Below the pieces are notes generated by a model. It was given only the letters and a program-made list of their open reading frames with translations, did no database searches and was not told where the DNA came from. The position numbers and the translations under genes are program-made. 64,000 nucleotides of DNA, from positions 96,001 to 160,000 of the forward strand of contig CAVSHB010000002.1 in the NCBI GenBank assembly GCA_963727775.1, given 5' to 3'. Origin of the DNA: an uncultured Nitrospiraceae bacterium. GTDB taxonomy: Bacteria > Nitrospirota > Thermodesulfovibrionia > Thermodesulfovibrionales > SM23-35. Below are positions 61,019 to 64,000 of this stretch, piece by piece. Each line of letters opens with the position of its first letter. Within the stretch, counting starts at the first letter, position 1.

Positions 61019-63547
61019 TTAAAATTTTTCAAGCATTCCTATCTTTGACATCATGGTACTTACAAGGACAAAATCATAGTCGGACGTCTTTTCAAATCCA
61101 CTGAAAAGCTTATTAATGGGATGGAGGATTGAGGAGCCTTCAGGTGTTGCGTCCGAAAGCGCTGTGAGCGCGTGCTCCATAGAGTCTTTTATATTTTGAG
61201 GAGTTGTTTTACTGACACAAACACTGAATGCCGGTAAATGCTCGGAGAACTTAATATGCTTGATGCCCTTGTCCCTGAATTTATTTGCAGCGATATCGGT
61301 TACCCCTCCGGCGTCGAAATTACCGGCAAGGACTGCATTAGCCACATCTTCATGTGAGCCGAGATATTCGTAATGCAGCAGATTTTTTAGATCTATTCCC
61401 GCTTCAAGAAGCATGTACCGTGGAGCGATATAGCTCGAAAGCGAATGCGGATCTCCAAAGGCGAATTTGTGTCCTTTGATGTCTTCTACAGAGTTGATCC
61501 TGCCGGTACTTTTCGCTATGATAACGGAACGGTATGTGGATTTACCTTCGGACAATATTTTCACAAGGACCTGGGTCCCGAATTTCTTATTTGCGATGAT
61601 GTAAGTAACGGGGCTGATAAAACAGAATTGAGTGACACCCCGCCCTATGTCTCTTAACGCGCCTTCATAATCGGACACAACTTTCAATATGACCTTCTTG
61701 CCGATTTTTTTGCTGAGATATTCTGCCAGCGGCTTGAATTTTTCCTGGTTCTCAACCGGCGATCTTCCGCCGAACGGTTCGATGCCGAACCTCAAAACAT
61801 CCATGTCTTTCTCAGTGCTTGTGCCTTCCTCGATTAATTTAATCCTCTGAAATTCATTCCGCAGGAGTTCAGTATTTTTGAATAGGCCTTTCAGTGACTG
61901 GTTTATGCTGTACATCCTGTCCATGTTGCTTTTGGGGATGTCCTTTATTTTTTCAATAGAATTGAATATCTGTGCTGAGCCTGCTCTTTGCTCATTGACG
62001 GCCTTTGAAATCTGAAGACTTTTCTCCGACACGAGTTCCATGGCTTCAGATATATGTTTGGTATTTATAAGTTGCTCGCTCGTTGCGGTTCTGACATGGT
62101 TGGATACTTCCCGCATTTTCTCCGTAGCTTTTGTGATGAGAAAGGCGCCTTTGCTTTGTTCGGAAGTTGCTTTTGCAACCTGCGATACCATATTCTTCAC
62201 CTTTTCCATTGAGTCTGATACGAGTCTTGTAGTTTTCGCCTGTTCCGCCGTAGAACGCTCAATGGAAATGGACATCTCCGCCGACTGCTTCGTGCTCTCG
62301 ACTATCTTGTTCAGGGCATCGCCGGCATTGCTTGCGACTTTTAATCCTTCCTCGACAGACCCCAGCCCTTCGTCCATCGCATTGATGGCGTCTTTCACTT
62401 CTTGCTGCACGGCCTGAATAAGCCTGTCTATTTCATGGGTTGAAAAAGAAGTCCGTTCGGCAAGGTCCTTTATCTCGTCGGCCACGACTGAGAATCCTCT
62501 GCCGTGCTCACCCGCCTGCGCGGCAAGTATCGCCGCATTCAGAGCGAGTAATGTTGTCTGGTCAGTTATCTCATCAATGACATTTAAAATCTTGCCGATG
62601 TCTGTTGACCTGCCTCCGAGTTTTTTCAGAAATCCGGCTGTCTTGTCAAAAGACACTTTAATCTTCTGAATCCCGTCTATTGTTTTTTCTACCGACGTAA
62701 GCCCGAAGGTCGACGCATCGTTTTTGACCTTTTCTGAAAGCATCGCGGACTCTTTTGAACTCTGTTCAACTTCCCTTATCGAAGAGGAAATTTCTTCAGC
62801 AGCGGCAAGTGTCTCTTCGGATGCAGCGGCAAGCTCTTCCGCCTTATTCGCCACTTCCTTTATCGTCGCGGAAAGCTGTTCAATGGACGACGATGTCGTA
62901 TCAACCACGGAAGAAAGTTCGAGGGCGCTGTTTGCAACCTGGCCTATGCTCGTGACCATCTCTTCCATCGAGGCAGCCTTCTCTTCCGTAGAGACGGCAA
63001 GATGCTCCGTGCTTTCAGAAATCTCCACTGCGGCGGAATTCATCTGCTCTAAAGAACTAGCGATATTGGCTATCGACTCGGATTCGAGTTTCGTGCTTTC
63101 TGAAATATTCTTGAATTCAACCTCAACTTTTTCAGCGACCTCCATTACACGGTTCGAACCGTTTCTGACCCTTTGAAAAATATCCCCGATGGAATAAAGA
63201 GATTCATTAATGGCCTGTCCCATCCTTCCTATCTCGTCATCTGCCTTTATATCCAGACGGAAGGTGAGATCTCCGTCAGCCAGGGATCTGGCGGCTTTTT
63301 CAATGGATTGAAGCGGTTTTATCACCAGTCTCCTGGCAACAACCCAGAATAGAAAAGCTACTATGGAGATGCCTGTGATCGCGATAATCGTCGTCCACAT
63401 GATGGAGTGAAAACTCTTGCCATATATTTTTTCGAGCGAAAGTGCGCTAAACGATATAATGCCGGTCCACAAAATCCCTCCTATCAATAGTGCTATAACA
63501 AAGATTAGATACTTGAATTCGAGGCTTTCCTTTGAAATCTTTTTCAT
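61019..63547 (-). CDS. Methyl-accepting chemotaxis protein with C-terminal PhnD-like binding domain
   Basis: Two TM segments, [35 protein letters not shown] tip; C-terminal [40 protein letters not shown]. Confidence 0.88.
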   Translation of the reverse strand: MKKISKESLEFKYLIFVIALLIGGILWTGIISFSALSLEKIYGKSFHSIMWTTIIAITGISIVAFLFWVVARRLVIKPLQSIEKAARSLADGDLTFRLDIKADDEIGRMGQAINESLYSIGDIFQRVRNGSNRVMEVAEKVEVEFKNISESTKLESESIANIASSLEQMNSAAVEISESTEHLAVSTEEKAASMEEMVTSIGQVANSALELSSVVDTTSSSIEQLSATIKEVANKAEELAAASEETLAAAEEISSSIREVEQSSKESAMLSEKVKNDASTFGLTSVEKTIDGIQKIKVSFDKTAGFLKKLGGRSTDIGKILNVIDEITDQTTLLALNAAILAAQAGEHGRGFSVVADEIKDLAERTSFSTHEIDRLIQAVQQEVKDAINAMDEGLGSVEEGLKVASNAGDALNKIVESTKQSAEMSISIERSTAEQAKTTRLVSDSMEKVKNMVSQVAKATSEQSKGAFLITKATEKMREVSNHVRTATSEQLINTKHISEAMELVSEKSLQISKAVNEQRAGSAQIFNSIEKIKDIPKSNMDRMYSINQSLKGLFKNTELLRNEFQRIKLIEEGTSTEKDMDVLRFGIEPFGGRSPVENQEKFKPLAEYLSKKIGKKVILKVVSDYEGALRDIGRGVTQFCFISPVTYIIANKKFGTQVLVKILSEGKSTYRSVIIAKSTGRINSVEDIKGHKFAFGDPHSLSSYIAPRYMLLEAGIDLKNLLHYEYLGSHEDVANAVLAGNFDAGGVTDIAANKFRDKGIKHIKFSEHLPAFSVCVSKTTPQNIKDSMEHALTALSDATPEGSSILHPINKLFSGFEKTSDYDFVLVSTMMSKIGMLEKF

Positions 63548-63584
63548 GAGGCCCCCTTATCGAAAAAGAGAGTTTTTAAAAGGT

Positions 63585-64000
63585 TCATTTCAATAGCAGG
63601 GCTGTTGCTTCTTCCATATTAATTATTGATACGAAATGTTTATCTACAACAGCAATCCCTTCGATGAATTTGAGTTCAGTCTCGGAAAGATGAGAAGGCG
63701 GGGGTAAAATTTCAGACTTTGTCAGACGGACGACACCTGCCACCTTATCTACTGTTACCCCGATAGGGCCTTTGGTACCCTTAATAATCAGTATTTTACC
63801 CTTAAGGTTATTGTCTAAGGGCTTGTCTGTCAGGGAAAGCTTGAGCTTAAGGTCAAGCACGGGTATAACTTTCCCCCTTAGCGAGGTTACTCCGAGAACA
63901 TATTTCGGAACATTTGGGACCGTGGTTATCCATTGGTATCGCAATATCTCCTCAAGCTGAGAGACCCTGAAAGCAAAATCTTCATTTAACAGATTGAAGG
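63585..64000 (-). CDS. cheW: CheW adaptor, 5' end outside window
   Basis: Open frame FNLLNEDFAFRVSQLEEILR, GVTSLRGKVIPVLDLK. Confidence 0.88.
   Translation of the reverse strand, partial: FNLLNEDFAFRVSQLEEILRYQWITTVPNVPKYVLGVTSLRGKVIPVLDLKLKLSLTDKPLDNNLKGKILIIKGTKGPIGVTVDKVAGVVRLTKSEILPPPSHLSETELKFIEGIAVVDKHFVSIINMEEATALLLK

Overview
Bacterial chromosome segment. The gene set suggests a sulfate-reducing member of the Nitrospirota or a Desulfobacterota-like organism; this is an inference, not a database result. The window has two halves. Left (~1.5-32.3 kb) is an accessory, decaying mosaic next to a tRNA-Met(CAT) gene at 32245-32321. It includes an ~11 kb island bounded by a 17-bp tRNA 3'-end direct repeat (21182-32261), which carries a tyrosine integrase, a higBA module whose toxin is split by an IS1634 element, an IS3 element next to a truncated DNA methyltransferase, tsaA/trmO and tatAB. 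Outside the island are more toxin-antitoxin loci, an orphan GHKL ATPase, a ClpP-like protease, SRAP, HU, a cold-shock gene and several gene remnants. Right (32.4-64 kb) is core genome: RDD-mreBCD-mrdA-cysteine synthase-rodA, rdgB, an adk-sat-aprBA-qmoABC-hppA sulfate activation/APS reduction cluster, an AICAR transformylase, a PPIase, and a cheW-mcp-cheW-HEAT-cheR-cheB-GAF-cheY chemosensory cluster. The most striking unannotated signals are a twice-repeated ~170-bp non-coding module (putative enhancer sites, sigma-54 promoter, C-rich-loop hairpin, CCUCCU tail) that looks like a mobile sRNA gene, an MCP fused to a C-terminal PhnD-like binding domain, and a 32-aa CCCH microprotein missed by the ORF track. 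All family assignments are from motif recognition by eye; no searches were run.
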